Source of the DNA: Oceanispirochaeta sp.
GTDB lineage: Bacteria; Spirochaetota; Spirochaetia; DSM-2461
DNA length: 64,000 nt
Direction of reading: 5' to 3'
Assembly (NCBI GenBank): GCA_963666275.2
Contig: CAXXOA010000001.1
Location: 64,001-128,000 of the forward strand
The notes under the pieces were generated by a model that saw only the letters and a program-made list of their open reading frames with translations, searched no databases and was not told the origin of the DNA. The translations under genes were made by a program, and so were the position numbers. Position 1 is the stretch's first letter. Every line of letters begins with the position of its first letter. Positions 36,438 to 46,580 of the stretch are shown here, in pieces.

Positions 36438-36941
36438 ATGAATGTAATACATAAACTGAACGACATTGTTATTAAGATTGTCACAGCTATCAGCCTGAGT
36501 CTCCTTAGTTTGTTAACCATCGGCACCATGGGCGGAGTCATATTCCGGTATGTACTGAAGAGTCCTGTTGTCTGGCTGTATGAGGCTGTTGTGCTGATTT
36601 TCGCCTGGGCTGTTTTCAGCGGAGTTGTTCTGGCCTATTCCAAAAAGGAACATATCCATCTGACCTTTGTAATGAATGCTCTTTCTGCAAAAGGAAAAGC
36701 AGTTCTGGCTCTGGTGATTGATATTATCAATTGCGCTTTTATTCTGATGGTTATCTTCTATGGGTTCAAACTCGTCAAGAGTACGTCCATGCAGACCTAT
36801 AACACGATTCCCGTTTCCCTGGGATGGTTTTACGCCTCCTTTCCGGTTATGGGGATCCCTATGGTTATCACACTGATAGACAGGTCTATCCGGCGGTTTG
36901 AAAAATCTGAAATGCTAAATACAAATGAGGAGGCCGCCTGA
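36438..36941 (+). CDS. dctQ: TRAP transporter small permease
   Basis: four TM segments, VIFRYV, EHI motif, between dctP and dctM. Confidence 0.9.
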   Translation: MNVIHKLNDIVIKIVTAISLSLLSLLTIGTMGGVIFRYVLKSPVVWLYEAVVLIFAWAVFSGVVLAYSKKEHIHLTFVMNALSAKGKAVLALVIDIINCAFILMVIFYGFKLVKSTSMQTYNTIPVSLGWFYASFPVMGIPMVITLIDRSIRRFEKSEMLNTNEEAA

Positions 36942-38221
36942 TGGGTTTTATTCTTTTAATCTGTTTCGCCGTTCTGATGGCCATAGGAGTGCCCATTGCG
37001 GTATCCCTGGGACTGAGTACGGCCCTGTCGATCATGATTACCGGTCAGTATAACCTGATCACGGTATTTCACCGGGCTATCAGCGGTGTGGATTCCTATA
37101 TCCTGCTGTCTATCCCCTTCTTTATCCTGGCGGGACAGCTTATGAACACCGGGGGAATCACCCGGAAGATCTTCAAATTCGCCACCTGCCTTGTGGGGCG
37201 TATCCCCGGAGGTCTGGGGCATGCGAACATCGTTGCCAGTATCATCTTTTCGGGCATGTCCGGTTCGGCCGTTGCCGATGCGGGCGGTCTGGGACAGATC
37301 GAAATGCAGGCCATGACCGATGAAGGGTATGATCCCGAGTTCAGTGCGGCGGTCACCACCGCTTCGGCCACCATAGGTCCGATCATTCCGCCCAGCATCC
37401 CCATGGTTGTCTACGGTGCAGCCGCAGAGGTCTCTGTGGGAGCCCTGTTCCTGGGCGGTTTTATCCCCGGTATTCTCCTGGGGCTGACCTCCATGGTTCT
37501 TGTACTGATCATATCCCTGAAACGGGGCTATCCCCGGAGCGATTACTTCAGTTTCAAGGAAGTTGCGATCTCCTTCAAAGAGTCCTTCCTGTCCCTGCTG
37601 ACGCCTGTGATCATCATCGGAGGAATCCTGGGGGGAATCTTTACTCCCACCGAAGCCGCCGTTGTGGCCACAGTCTATGCCTTTGTACTGGGAGTGTTTG
37701 TCTACAGAGAGATCAAACTGAAGGATCTGGCGCAGATCATGATCAGTACGATCATCACCGCCTCTTCGGTTATCTTCATCATCTCGGCGGCGACCTCTTT
37801 CAGCTGGCTGATCGCCATGGAAGGGATCACCATGAAGGTGGCCAACTTCCTGCTGTCTGTGACCACAAACAAGTATCTGATCCTGCTTCTTCTGAACCTG
37901 ATTTTCCTTGTTCTGGGAATGTTTATGGAGAGCCTTTCGATCCTGCTGATTACGGTTCCCTTCCTGATGCCCCTGATCACCCAGGTGGGACTGAACCCTG
38001 TTCATATGGGAGTTGTACTGGTACTGAACCTTATGATCGGTCTGTCCACGCCGCCTGTGGGAATGTCGCTGTTCGTTTCGAGCAAGATAGCCAAGGTGAG
38101 TCTGGAGAGCCTGTACAAGGAGATCCTGCCGTTCCTGATTCCCCTGATTCTGGTACTGCTTGTGATTACCTATGTGCCTGACACGGTTCTCTGGCTGCCC
38201 AGGGTGGTTTTCGGATACTGA
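36941..38221 (+). CDS. dctM: TRAP transporter large permease
   Basis: IPFFILAG, SGSAVAD, IGPIIPPSI, FTPTEA, TPPVG. Confidence 0.95.
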   Translation: MGFILLICFAVLMAIGVPIAVSLGLSTALSIMITGQYNLITVFHRAISGVDSYILLSIPFFILAGQLMNTGGITRKIFKFATCLVGRIPGGLGHANIVASIIFSGMSGSAVADAGGLGQIEMQAMTDEGYDPEFSAAVTTASATIGPIIPPSIPMVVYGAAAEVSVGALFLGGFIPGILLGLTSMVLVLIISLKRGYPRSDYFSFKEVAISFKESFLSLLTPVIIIGGILGGIFTPTEAAVVATVYAFVLGVFVYREIKLKDLAQIMISTIITASSVIFIISAATSFSWLIAMEGITMKVANFLLSVTTNKYLILLLLNLIFLVLGMFMESLSILLITVPFLMPLITQVGLNPVHMGVVLVLNLMIGLSTPPVGMSLFVSSKIAKVSLESLYKEILPFLIPLILVLLVITYVPDTVLWLPRVVFGY

Positions 38222-38335
38222 TAGATTTCCGGGATTCCCGGGGAGGCTGCCGAGAGGAGGTTCTGACGGAAATCCCGGATGATATATTTTTTGAGATGGT
38301 AAACAAAGTTATACGATATTGATTGGAGAATAATT

Positions 38336-39169
38336 ATGAACAATGAAGAAAAAGTTGCCTACCTGAAAGGTAAGGCCAAAGAGCTTCGAAAGACGGCATT
38401 GACCATGATTCATACCGCTCAGTCAGGACACCCCGGTGGATCCCTGTCTGCTGCAGACTTTATGGCGGCCCTCTATTTCGATGAGCTGAATATCAATCCC
38501 AAAGACCCCAAATGGGCCGACCGGGACCGCTTCGTCCTTTCAAAAGGGCATGTCTGTCCCATCCTGTACTCCTCTCTGGCTCTGAGAGAGTACTTCCCCT
38601 ATGACACCATCTACACCCTGAGAAAACAGGGCTCCATTCTGCAGGGCCACCCTGACATGAAGGTCTGCCCCGGTGTGGATATCTCCACAGGATCTCTGGG
38701 ACAGGGCCTGTCCACCGCCGTGGGAATGGCCATAGCGGGAAAACGGGACAAAAAAGACTATCGTGTTTTCTGCCTTGTAGGAGACGGGGAGTGCCAGGAA
38801 GGTCAGATCTGGGAAGCCGTGATGACCGCTGTGAAATACAAACTGGACAACCTGGTGATCCTTGTGGACAACAACAATCTGCAGAACGACAACACCTGTG
38901 ACGTGGTTATGCCTACGGGAGACCTGAGACTGAAGTTCGAGGCCTTCGGCTGTGAGGCAGTACGGATCAACGGACACGAAATGTCTGAAATCGTGGATGC
39001 CCTGGATATGGCAAGAAAGCAGAAAGATAACGGAGTTCCCAAAGTGATCGTGGGAAATACAGTGAAAGGCAAGGGCGTTTCCTTTATGGAAGGTGTTGTC
39101 ATGTGGCACGGTGTTGCCCCGGACAAAGAACAGTTCGCCCAGGCAGTAGAAGAAGTGGAGGCCATGTAA
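38336..39169 (+). CDS. split transketolase, N-terminal (ThDP-binding) subunit
   Basis: GHPGGSLS, DRFVLSKGH, STGSLGQG, GDGE...EG, KGKG. Confidence 0.95.
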   Translation: MNNEEKVAYLKGKAKELRKTALTMIHTAQSGHPGGSLSAADFMAALYFDELNINPKDPKWADRDRFVLSKGHVCPILYSSLALREYFPYDTIYTLRKQGSILQGHPDMKVCPGVDISTGSLGQGLSTAVGMAIAGKRDKKDYRVFCLVGDGECQEGQIWEAVMTAVKYKLDNLVILVDNNNLQNDNTCDVVMPTGDLRLKFEAFGCEAVRINGHEMSEIVDALDMARKQKDNGVPKVIVGNTVKGKGVSFMEGVVMWHGVAPDKEQFAQAVEEVEAM

Positions 39170-40098
39170 TGGAAGGAAAAGCAACCAGAGACGCCTACGG
39201 AGAAGAAATCCTGGCCCTCGGAAGAGAAAATAAAAATATCTATGTCGTAGACGCGGACATCGGAAAGTCCTGTAAAACCGTTCCCTTTTCACAGGAGCTG
39301 CCTGATCAGCATGTGAATGTGGGAATCGCCGAGCAGAATGCGGCGGGCGTGGGAGCCGGACTGGCCACCACAGGAAAAATCCCCTTTGTCACCACCTATG
39401 CAATCTTCGGCTCCATGAGGATGGGCGAACAGATCCGACAGGAAATCTGCTATCCCAAACTGAATGTGAAGATAGCCTGTTCCCACGGAGGATTCACTCC
39501 CGCCAACGACGGTGCAAGCCATCAGGCCATCGAAGATATGGGAATCCTCAGAACCATTCCCAATATGACAGTCATCATGCCCGCCGACTACTATGCGGCA
39601 AAGAAACTGGTAAGAGCGGCGGCCGAGTACTACGGCCCTGTCTACCTGCGGTTTACCCGGGACCCGATCCCCTTTATCTACGACGAAAGTGTGGAACTGG
39701 AAATCGGAAAGGCCCACCAGATCAAAGACGGAAAAGACGTGGCCATCATTGCCAACGGCGATATTATGAGCCGGGCCGTGAAAGCGGCGGAGGAGCTGGA
39801 AGCCAAAGGGATCTCTGTAAGAGTCCTGGATATGCACACCATCAAACCCCTGGATGAGGAAGCGGTGGGAGCCTGTATCGATGAGATCGGTAAGATCATC
39901 ACCGTGGAGGATCACAACATCCTGAACGGTCTGGGAAGCGCCGTCTGTGAAATGGTAGCCGAGAGAGGCGTGGGACAGGTGACCCGGATCGGAATCCGGG
40001 ACCAGTTCGGAGAGTCCGCTCCCTATGACTATCTGCTTGAAAAGAACGGCGTCACCGTAGAGAATATAGTCGCTTCCGCAGAGGCCCTGCTGAAGTGA
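39169..40098 (+). CDS. split transketolase, C-terminal subunit
   Basis: NVGIAEQN, DGASHQ, GPVYLR, TIKPLD, VEDH; TAATG coupling. Confidence 0.95.
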   Translation: MEGKATRDAYGEEILALGRENKNIYVVDADIGKSCKTVPFSQELPDQHVNVGIAEQNAAGVGAGLATTGKIPFVTTYAIFGSMRMGEQIRQEICYPKLNVKIACSHGGFTPANDGASHQAIEDMGILRTIPNMTVIMPADYYAAKKLVRAAAEYYGPVYLRFTRDPIPFIYDESVELEIGKAHQIKDGKDVAIIANGDIMSRAVKAAEELEAKGISVRVLDMHTIKPLDEEAVGACIDEIGKIITVEDHNILNGLGSAVCEMVAERGVGQVTRIGIRDQFGESAPYDYLLEKNGVTVENIVASAEALLK

Positions 40099-40109
40099 TT
40101 TGGCATGTT

Positions 40110-40216
40110 CCCTCTCCCTTTGGGAGAGGGCAAGGGTGAGGGTTGGATAGAGGCTGTTTCATTTGGCCGGTTCCCCCCCCTCTCCCCCCTTAATCCCCTC
40201 TCCCAGAGGGAGAGGA
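40110..40216. repeat. pair of inverted BoxC-like palindromic elements
   Basis: CCCTCTCCC-TTT-GGGAGAGGG-CAAGGGTGAGGG and inverted C-rich...CCTCTCCC-AGA-GGGAGAGG. Confidence 0.65.
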
Positions 40217-40241
40217 GGAGATTCTTTATAAGGATAGAAAC

Positions 40242-41198
40242 ATGAAAATAGTAGTATTAGACGGATACACTCTGAACCCGGGAGACCTTTCCTGGGAGGG
40301 AATGGAAGCTCTGGGTGAGTTTACCTGTTATGACCGGACCAAACCTGAAGAGATCTTGAGCCGTATTGGAGATGCCGATGCGGTGATTACCAACAAGACG
40401 CCTCTCAGCAGAGAAACCCTGGAGGCCTGTCCTTCCATTAAATACATCGGAGTGCTTGCCACAGGGTACAATGTGGTGGATGTGGCAGCTGCCGCTGAGA
40501 AGGGGATTCCCGTGTGCAATATCCCCACCTACGGAACCACCGCGGTGTCCCAGTTTGCCTTTGCTCTGCTGCTGAATATCTGCCACCATGTGCAGGACCA
40601 CTCCAATTCGGTATACGCCGGAGACTGGGCGAACTGCAGTGACTGGACCTACTGGAACTTTCCACTCACCGAGCTGGCGGGTAAGACTATGGGAATCATC
40701 GGTTACGGCCGGATCGGCCAGGCAACGGGAAAGATTGCTCAGGGATTCAGCATGAATGTGCTGGCCTTTGATGAGTATCAGAACAAGGATCTGGAGTGCG
40801 AGACCATGTCCTACGGGACTCTGGATGAAGTTCTCAGTCAGTCCGATGTGATTTCCCTGCACTGTCCTCTCTTTCCCTCAACCGAAGGGATTATCAACAA
40901 AGAGAACATTGCCAAAATGAAAGACGGTGTGATTCTTCTCAATACCTCAAGAGGTCCTCTTGTGGTGGAACAGGATCTGAAAGAGGCCCTGGACAGCGGC
41001 AAGATCCGGGCGGCCGGTCTGGATGTGGTCTCCACCGAGCCGATTAAGAGCGACAATGTTCTTCTGAAGGCAAAGAACTGCTTTATTACTCCCCATATCG
41101 CCTGGGCTCCCATTGAAGCCCGTTCCCGGCTGATGAACATCGCCGTGGACAATCTGAAGGCCTTTGTGGATGGTAAGGTTATCAATAAGGTGAATTGA
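40242..41198 (+). CDS. D-2-hydroxyacid dehydrogenase (glycerate dehydrogenase/hydroxypyruvate reductase-like)
   Basis: LNPGDLSW, ATGYN, GIIGYGRIG, SLHCPL, NTSRG, EP, TPHIAW. Confidence 0.93.
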   Translation: MKIVVLDGYTLNPGDLSWEGMEALGEFTCYDRTKPEEILSRIGDADAVITNKTPLSRETLEACPSIKYIGVLATGYNVVDVAAAAEKGIPVCNIPTYGTTAVSQFAFALLLNICHHVQDHSNSVYAGDWANCSDWTYWNFPLTELAGKTMGIIGYGRIGQATGKIAQGFSMNVLAFDEYQNKDLECETMSYGTLDEVLSQSDVISLHCPLFPSTEGIINKENIAKMKDGVILLNTSRGPLVVEQDLKEALDSGKIRAAGLDVVSTEPIKSDNVLLKAKNCFITPHIAWAPIEARSRLMNIAVDNLKAFVDGKVINKVN

Positions 41199-41229
41199 AC
41201 CTGAAATTATAGGAATCTTTTTACAACTC

Positions 41230-41273
41230 AGGCTGCAGGCAGTTTTCCTCCTTTCTGTCTGCAGCCTCTTTTT
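41230..41273 (+). terminator. rho-independent terminator
   Basis: AGGCTGCAGGCAG/CTGTCTGCAGCCT stem followed by T run. Confidence 0.75.
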
Positions 41274-41335
41274 ATTTGTATTAACAGAATATTTTTCAGT
41301 GAAGCCTGAATGACCTCTGATGAACTTCTTGCGTC

Positions 41336-42289
41336 TTACTTAAGAAAATCAAGGATATCCTGAACTTTTTCCGGAGGAACCAGCTCATAGGGAACATCCA
41401 CATAGGAGGGGAGGGATTGTTTCTGAATCAGCTGATAGGCGGACTTTGCTGCTGTATAACCCTGCATCAGCCCATTCTGAAACACGGTAACATTCAGACG
41501 GCCTTCCTGCATCATCTTGAGAGCAGCCTCTGTTGCATCAATTCCGCCGAACAGCATCTGTCCGGCCTCACCGGCTTCTTCATAGGCTTCCACCGCTCCG
41601 ATAATCATCTCGTCGTTGTCTCCCATGACAATATCCACATCCAGATCAGCATCGATCCAGGAACGGGCGATGTCTCTCCCCCTGTCCCTGTCCCAGAAAC
41701 CTACGATTTCAGCGATGATTGTCATTTCCGGGTACTGGGCTATCACCTCCCGGAAACCATCGGTCCTGTCTCTGGCGGCGTCATGGGATGGGTCTCCCAC
41801 AAGGATGGCAACATTCCCTTTGCCTCCGGATTGTTCCGCCAGATATTTCGCCTGTGCCACTCCCATGGCTTTATTGTCTGAACCAACGTAGGTGTCACTG
41901 GGAGAATTGATTTCTGAATTCACAGCAATAAGGGGAATCCCTGCTTCCATACAAGCTTCCGAGATGGGTTTTGTCGCATCCGGGTCGGTCGTTTTTATGA
42001 TTACCGCATCAAATCCTCTGTCTATAAAATCTAAGGTGTGCTTTACCTGTGTTTCGGCATCATAATCGGCATCCAGGACCTCAATCGTCAGGTTTGAGGT
42101 TTCCCCGGCGAATTGCTGCAGTCCCTTATCAACGTAGGCTAAAAATGCGTCCTTTGTTTCCAGGGTGACTCCTATACGGATCTGCCCGCCCCTGCCTGAG
42201 GCTTCCGTGCTGCCGCCGGCAGAAACGGGGAAAGGAAATGTGATTGCCATGAAAGCAATGACTCCAATAAAACGGAAACTCCTTAACAT
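41336..42289 (-). CDS. RbsB-type periplasmic sugar-binding protein (no cognate permease nearby)
   Basis: signal peptide; AGIPLIAVN, YVGSDN, RTDGF, NDEM, GID, TVFQ; AGGAGG RBS before ATG 42289. Confidence 0.88.
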   Translation of the reverse strand: MLRSFRFIGVIAFMAITFPFPVSAGGSTEASGRGGQIRIGVTLETKDAFLAYVDKGLQQFAGETSNLTIEVLDADYDAETQVKHTLDFIDRGFDAVIIKTTDPDATKPISEACMEAGIPLIAVNSEINSPSDTYVGSDNKAMGVAQAKYLAEQSGGKGNVAILVGDPSHDAARDRTDGFREVIAQYPEMTIIAEIVGFWDRDRGRDIARSWIDADLDVDIVMGDNDEMIIGAVEAYEEAGEAGQMLFGGIDATEAALKMMQEGRLNVTVFQNGLMQGYTAAKSAYQLIQKQSLPSYVDVPYELVPPEKVQDILDFLK

Positions 42290-42496
42290 TTTAGCCTCCT
42301 TTAGAATGGTAATTCTGATTCCCGGATACTTATCAAAAAATACGACACTCTGGAATGTGATTTCAAGAAAAAACGAAATATTCATTTTTTTTCTTTTATT
42401 AAAATGCTATCTGTGCATTTTTTACTCTATTGTATTAGTCTTTAAAATAATTAATCGTATTTGGAATTCGAAACGTTGAATAAAAGGAGTTGGGGT

Positions 42497-44503
42497 ATGT
42501 TTCAGGAATGGAAAGTTCGAACAAAACTGCTGGTCGGTTTTTTTCTTTTGGTTGCATTTACTCTCTCCGTGGGCATATCAGGTATTTTCGGGATAAACAG
42601 AATCATTCATCAGATGAATATCAGCAATCTTTCCAACAGCAGTATTGCGGATGCCCAGGATGCCCAGACTAGCTCTCTGCGGTATATGATTTATAACGAT
42701 TTTAAATATTACATTCAGGTCAAGGATAAATACCGGACCGTCATGGAGCAGGCTAAAGAGGTGGAATCTCTCATGCGGGACGAGGAAAGCAGAAAAATTA
42801 CCCAGGACTTGATGAATAACATGGTCTCCTATAATCAGGCAAATCAGAAATATTTTAATAATACCTATCAAAGGAATTCTGCTGAAAGAATCCGCATGGA
42901 GACGTTTTCCCGTATGCAGCAAAAGCTGGAATCCATTGTTTCCATAGGGAATTCAGCACTTAAGCAGGAAATGCGATCCCCTGGAAATAATCTTATGCTC
43001 CTTCAGATGGATCTGGCAAAAATGTCTAACCTCATTACCCGGTTAAATACCAATGCCCTGATGTATAGCTTGAACTCCCAGGTTTCCGATAAAGACAAGT
43101 TTGTTCAGGACTGGGTGGAGGCCTATAAGAATTCCTCGGAAACGATTGCCGATATCATTCCAGAATTTAAAAATGACTCGGAGGTTCTAACAGTTCTGGA
43201 ATCTATCATCAGTGATCTGAAAACCTATCAGTACAATCTGGAAGTTTACAGAAATCTGGATGCCGAAATGAGCAGCATTCAGGATGCCCAGATGAATGCC
43301 GCCCTCTCGGTTGTAGAGAGCTCCCGGGAGGTTCAGGGTTCTGTCGCTTCTGTGATACAGGGGATAACACGGCAGAATACTGTTATCACTATCGTCTTTT
43401 CCCTTGTCGCCGCTCTCCTCGGGCTTCTTGTCGCCATGCTGATTACCAACTCCCTTGCAGTGCAGCTTGGAGGCGAACCACACGAAATCCAGCATATTAC
43501 GTCACAGATCGCCAGCGGTGATTTAAATCTGATTTTCCCCGATCGGAAACTTACGGGAGTATATGCGTCGATGAAGGTGATGACAGAAAAACTCTCCGAG
43601 ATCGTCCGCCATATCATTACCGCGGCTGATCAGGTTACTAATGGGAGTCAGCAAATCTCCGCCTCATCACAACAGATCTCATCCGGAACAAGCGAACAGG
43701 CCTCCAATATGGAGGAGGTCTCTGCATCCATAGAGCAGTTGAACTCCAATATTCAGCAGAACACATCAAATGCGCAGCAGTCGAATGCGATGGCTAAAAA
43801 AGTTGCCGACGACTCACAGGAGGGAAGTCATGCCGTTTCCGATGCTGTAGAGGCTATGACTGAAATAGCTGAGAAAATATCGGTTATTCAGGAAATCGCC
43901 CGGAGTACCAATATGCTCGCCCTGAATGCGGCCATAGAGGCGGCCAGGGCCGGAGAAGCGGGTAAAGGTTTTGCTGTTGTGGCTTCAGAAGTCAGGAAGC
44001 TGGCCGAGTCCAGCGGTGCGGCAGCAAAGGAGATTACGAATATTACCCATGACAGTGTAGAGCGTGCGTCTGTTGCTCAGCAGAAAATTACAGATATCGT
44101 CCCGTCAATGCAGAAAACAGCCGATCTGGTGGAGGAAATTTCCAGTGCCAGTATGGAGCAGAGTAAGGGGGCTGAGCAGATCTCTTCGGCTATCAATCAG
44201 CTGGATATGGTGGTACAGCAGAACGCCTCTTCATCGGAAGAACTGGCATCCATGTCGGAAGAGCTTTTTGCCCAGGCCATGTCGATGAAGGAGACCATCA
44301 GTTTTTTTCGTGTAAGAGGTTCCGATTTGAACTCCGGCTACGACGTTGAAAGAAAAGCAGCCCCTCCGAAGGCATTGTCGCAAAGGCCTTTCAGGAAATC
44401 AATTCCTCCGCAAGGAGTGGAAAAAGCGGATCCGTACAGGGACGCTGATAGACTCCTTTCCAAACCCGAAAATGTAGATGGGGAAGAATTTGAGGAATTT
44501 TGA
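42497..44503 (+). CDS. methyl-accepting chemotaxis protein
   Basis: two TM segments around a long helical periplasmic domain, LGGEP HAMP-like region, [34 protein letters not shown]. Confidence 0.96.
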   Translation: MFQEWKVRTKLLVGFFLLVAFTLSVGISGIFGINRIIHQMNISNLSNSSIADAQDAQTSSLRYMIYNDFKYYIQVKDKYRTVMEQAKEVESLMRDEESRKITQDLMNNMVSYNQANQKYFNNTYQRNSAERIRMETFSRMQQKLESIVSIGNSALKQEMRSPGNNLMLLQMDLAKMSNLITRLNTNALMYSLNSQVSDKDKFVQDWVEAYKNSSETIADIIPEFKNDSEVLTVLESIISDLKTYQYNLEVYRNLDAEMSSIQDAQMNAALSVVESSREVQGSVASVIQGITRQNTVITIVFSLVAALLGLLVAMLITNSLAVQLGGEPHEIQHITSQIASGDLNLIFPDRKLTGVYASMKVMTEKLSEIVRHIITAADQVTNGSQQISASSQQISSGTSEQASNMEEVSASIEQLNSNIQQNTSNAQQSNAMAKKVADDSQEGSHAVSDAVEAMTEIAEKISVIQEIARSTNMLALNAAIEAARAGEAGKGFAVVASEVRKLAESSGAAAKEITNITHDSVERASVAQQKITDIVPSMQKTADLVEEISSASMEQSKGAEQISSAINQLDMVVQQNASSSEELASMSEELFAQAMSMKETISFFRVRGSDLNSGYDVERKAAPPKALSQRPFRKSIPPQGVEKADPYRDADRLLSKPENVDGEEFEEF

Positions 44504-44553
44504 AGCACCCGGGAAAGGGGGGGGATACCCGAGTGAAGTGGGACCGAGGGAGC

Positions 44554-45417
44554 CTAGTACCTTTTCAGTTTAAGGATTTCCTTCCCCTTCTGTATCTGAC
44601 CGGAATGCTTTTTATAATCGCTCACAACCAGTGAAATCTGAATCACACTGAGGATGCACAGTTCGCTGATCCTGGCAGCAGGCAGATCGCTCATGACATC
44701 GGATTTTCTGGCACAGGTATGAAGGACTATATCGGAGCACTCTGTTATAGGGGAGTTGGCAAATCCGGTGATACAGATTGTTGTGGCTCCCTGTTTTTTG
44801 GCTTCTCTGAGAGAATCCACAGTATTTTTGGATCGTCCGCTGTATACCACAGCCAGGGCCACATCGCCCTTATGAAGCTGTGATGCCGCTGTGATCTCCA
44901 TAATAGGATCATTATAATAGTTGCAGTTAATACCTATCTGCATAAGGAGATTGAAGGCATTCAGGGCAGACGCACCTGATCCTCCTTCTCCGTAGATATC
45001 GATCCGGTTGGCATGGATAATTGCCTGGATTGTTTCTTCCAGAGCCTGATCATTCAGTATGTTCTGGGTTTCATCTATCACCTGTTTGTTGAACTGAAAA
45101 ATTTTCTGCTTCAGCACTTTGACAGAATCGTTCCTGTTGATCTGGATCACTTCGGAAGAGGGAGACAGCAGTTCCCTTTCTATATAGAATTTGAGTTCCG
45201 TGTATCCCTTGAAACCCAGTGTTCTGCAGAAACGGACAACCGTAGCGGCACTTGTCCCTGTTTCATCTGCAATATCCTGAGTTGTCATTTTAAGGATTTC
45301 AGTCTTCTGTTCCATCACATAGTCGGCAATCTTTTTTTCTGTTTCGCTCAGATTCTCATAGTGACTGGTGATCCTCGTCATATACTCATATTTTTCAATA
45401 GGTTCGTTATCGCTCAT
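44554..45417 (-). CDS. MurR/RpiR family transcriptional regulator (RpiR-2)
   Basis: TSAATVVRFCRTLGFKGY, SIS domain; clear paralog of RpiR-1. Confidence 0.92.
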   Translation of the reverse strand: MSDNEPIEKYEYMTRITSHYENLSETEKKIADYVMEQKTEILKMTTQDIADETGTSAATVVRFCRTLGFKGYTELKFYIERELLSPSSEVIQINRNDSVKVLKQKIFQFNKQVIDETQNILNDQALEETIQAIIHANRIDIYGEGGSGASALNAFNLLMQIGINCNYYNDPIMEITAASQLHKGDVALAVVYSGRSKNTVDSLREAKKQGATTICITGFANSPITECSDIVLHTCARKSDVMSDLPAARISELCILSVIQISLVVSDYKKHSGQIQKGKEILKLKRY

Positions 45418-45763
45418 GAAATGCATTTTACAATGGTTTTTTGGATTTAGAAACAGATTTCAGAAAAATACTGAAGTACATGGAATGAAAATAAATTTCA
45501 AATAAACAAAATAAAAGTTGAAAAAACTTTCATACTGGAGTATTCTGTTTGAGAAAGCAGCATTTAAAGGGTATTTCTTCCCGGTAAATCCGGACTTTCC
45601 GGTGCCGTGAAGTTCTGTAATGAAATATGTTTTATGAGACTTCGAAATATGAGGAAATATATTTCAAAAAAAAGTTGACAGCTGAAAAAACTGGGGTTAC
45701 TGTAAACATAAGACACATGAAATACATTTCATAAAAATAAAAAATTACTGATATATAGTTTCA
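45417..45763. promoter_or_regulatory. divergent control region with multiple TGAAA-N4/5-TTTCA boxes and two candidate promoters
   Basis: boxes at 45417, 45449, 45486 (N5), 45519, 45653, 45718; TTGAAA-17-TATTCT 45518-45546 and TTGACA-17-TACTGT 45675-45703. Confidence 0.7.
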
Positions 45764-45796
45764 TATAACTTGAGTAAGTGAGGAAGAGGAAAGCTT

Positions 45797-46552
45797 ATGA
45801 CACTGACTGATAGAGTAGCTATAGTTACCGGTGGCGGATCACCTAAAGGCATCGGGCGTTCAATTGCTCTGACCCTGGCGAAATACGGCGCCAGCGTTGT
45901 CGTTGCAGACCTGGATCTGGAAGGGGCACAGAAAGTGGCTGAAGAGATCAAGGCTCTGGGCCGTAAAGCCCTGGCTGTAAAGGTTAATGTAACAGATAAG
46001 AAAGCGATAGACGAAATGATTGCCAAAACAGTGGCTGAATTCGGCAAGCTGGACATTCTGGTTAACAATGCCGGTATTACTCAGCCTGTCAGCGTAGCTG
46101 ATACGACAGAAGCCGACTGGGACAGGATCATAGCGGTCAACCTGAAGAGCACATTTCTCTGTTCTCAGGCTGCTGTTGAGGTCATGAAAAAGAATAAATA
46201 CGGACGGATCGTCAATATGAGTTCCGTTTCGGGAAAACAGGGGGGAGGCGTTTTCGGCGGAGCCCATTATTCGGCCGCTAAAGCGGGAATCCTGGGATTT
46301 TCCAAAGCCCTGGCAAAAGAGGTTGTAAGCTACGGAATTACTGTGAACTCTGTTGCTCCGGGTGCGGTTGCCACAGAGATCCGGAAAGGGATCTCGGATG
46401 AAAAGGAAAAGGCTATTGCCGATTCCATTCCCATGAAAAGGGTGGGGAAGCCGGAAGAGATCGCTTTTACAGTGGCATTTCTTGCAGCTGATGAAGCTGC
46501 CTACATTACAGGAGAAGACATCGATATTAACGGTGGTTCTTACATAGATTAG
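45797..46552 (+). CDS. SDR family oxidoreductase (copy 2)
   Basis: TGGGSPKGIG, NNAG, YSAAK; about a dozen substitutions versus copy 1. Confidence 0.93.
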   Translation: MTLTDRVAIVTGGGSPKGIGRSIALTLAKYGASVVVADLDLEGAQKVAEEIKALGRKALAVKVNVTDKKAIDEMIAKTVAEFGKLDILVNNAGITQPVSVADTTEADWDRIIAVNLKSTFLCSQAAVEVMKKNKYGRIVNMSSVSGKQGGGVFGGAHYSAAKAGILGFSKALAKEVVSYGITVNSVAPGAVATEIRKGISDEKEKAIADSIPMKRVGKPEEIAFTVAFLAADEAAYITGEDIDINGGSYID

Positions 46553-46580
46553 GAAATTATTTTTTTTAAAGGAGAATTTT

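Larger units (their letters stand above)
33561..41198. repeat. copy 1 of duplicated RpiR-SDR-TRAP-transketolase-dehydrogenase block
   Basis: eight genes in the same order and orientation as 44554-52550; dctM, tkt and dehydrogenase genes nearly identical at DNA level. Confidence 0.97.

Noticed and set aside
39103..39168. N-terminal extensions in the ORF track (also 1245, 9885, 34493, 49593, 50414, 51519, 58357)
   Set aside because: downstream ATGs have RBS or stop-start coupling and match the paralog starts
35483..39915. antisense ORFs of 208-352 aa repeated in both operon copies
   Set aside because: their conservation simply follows the duplicated sense genes; no independent coding signal
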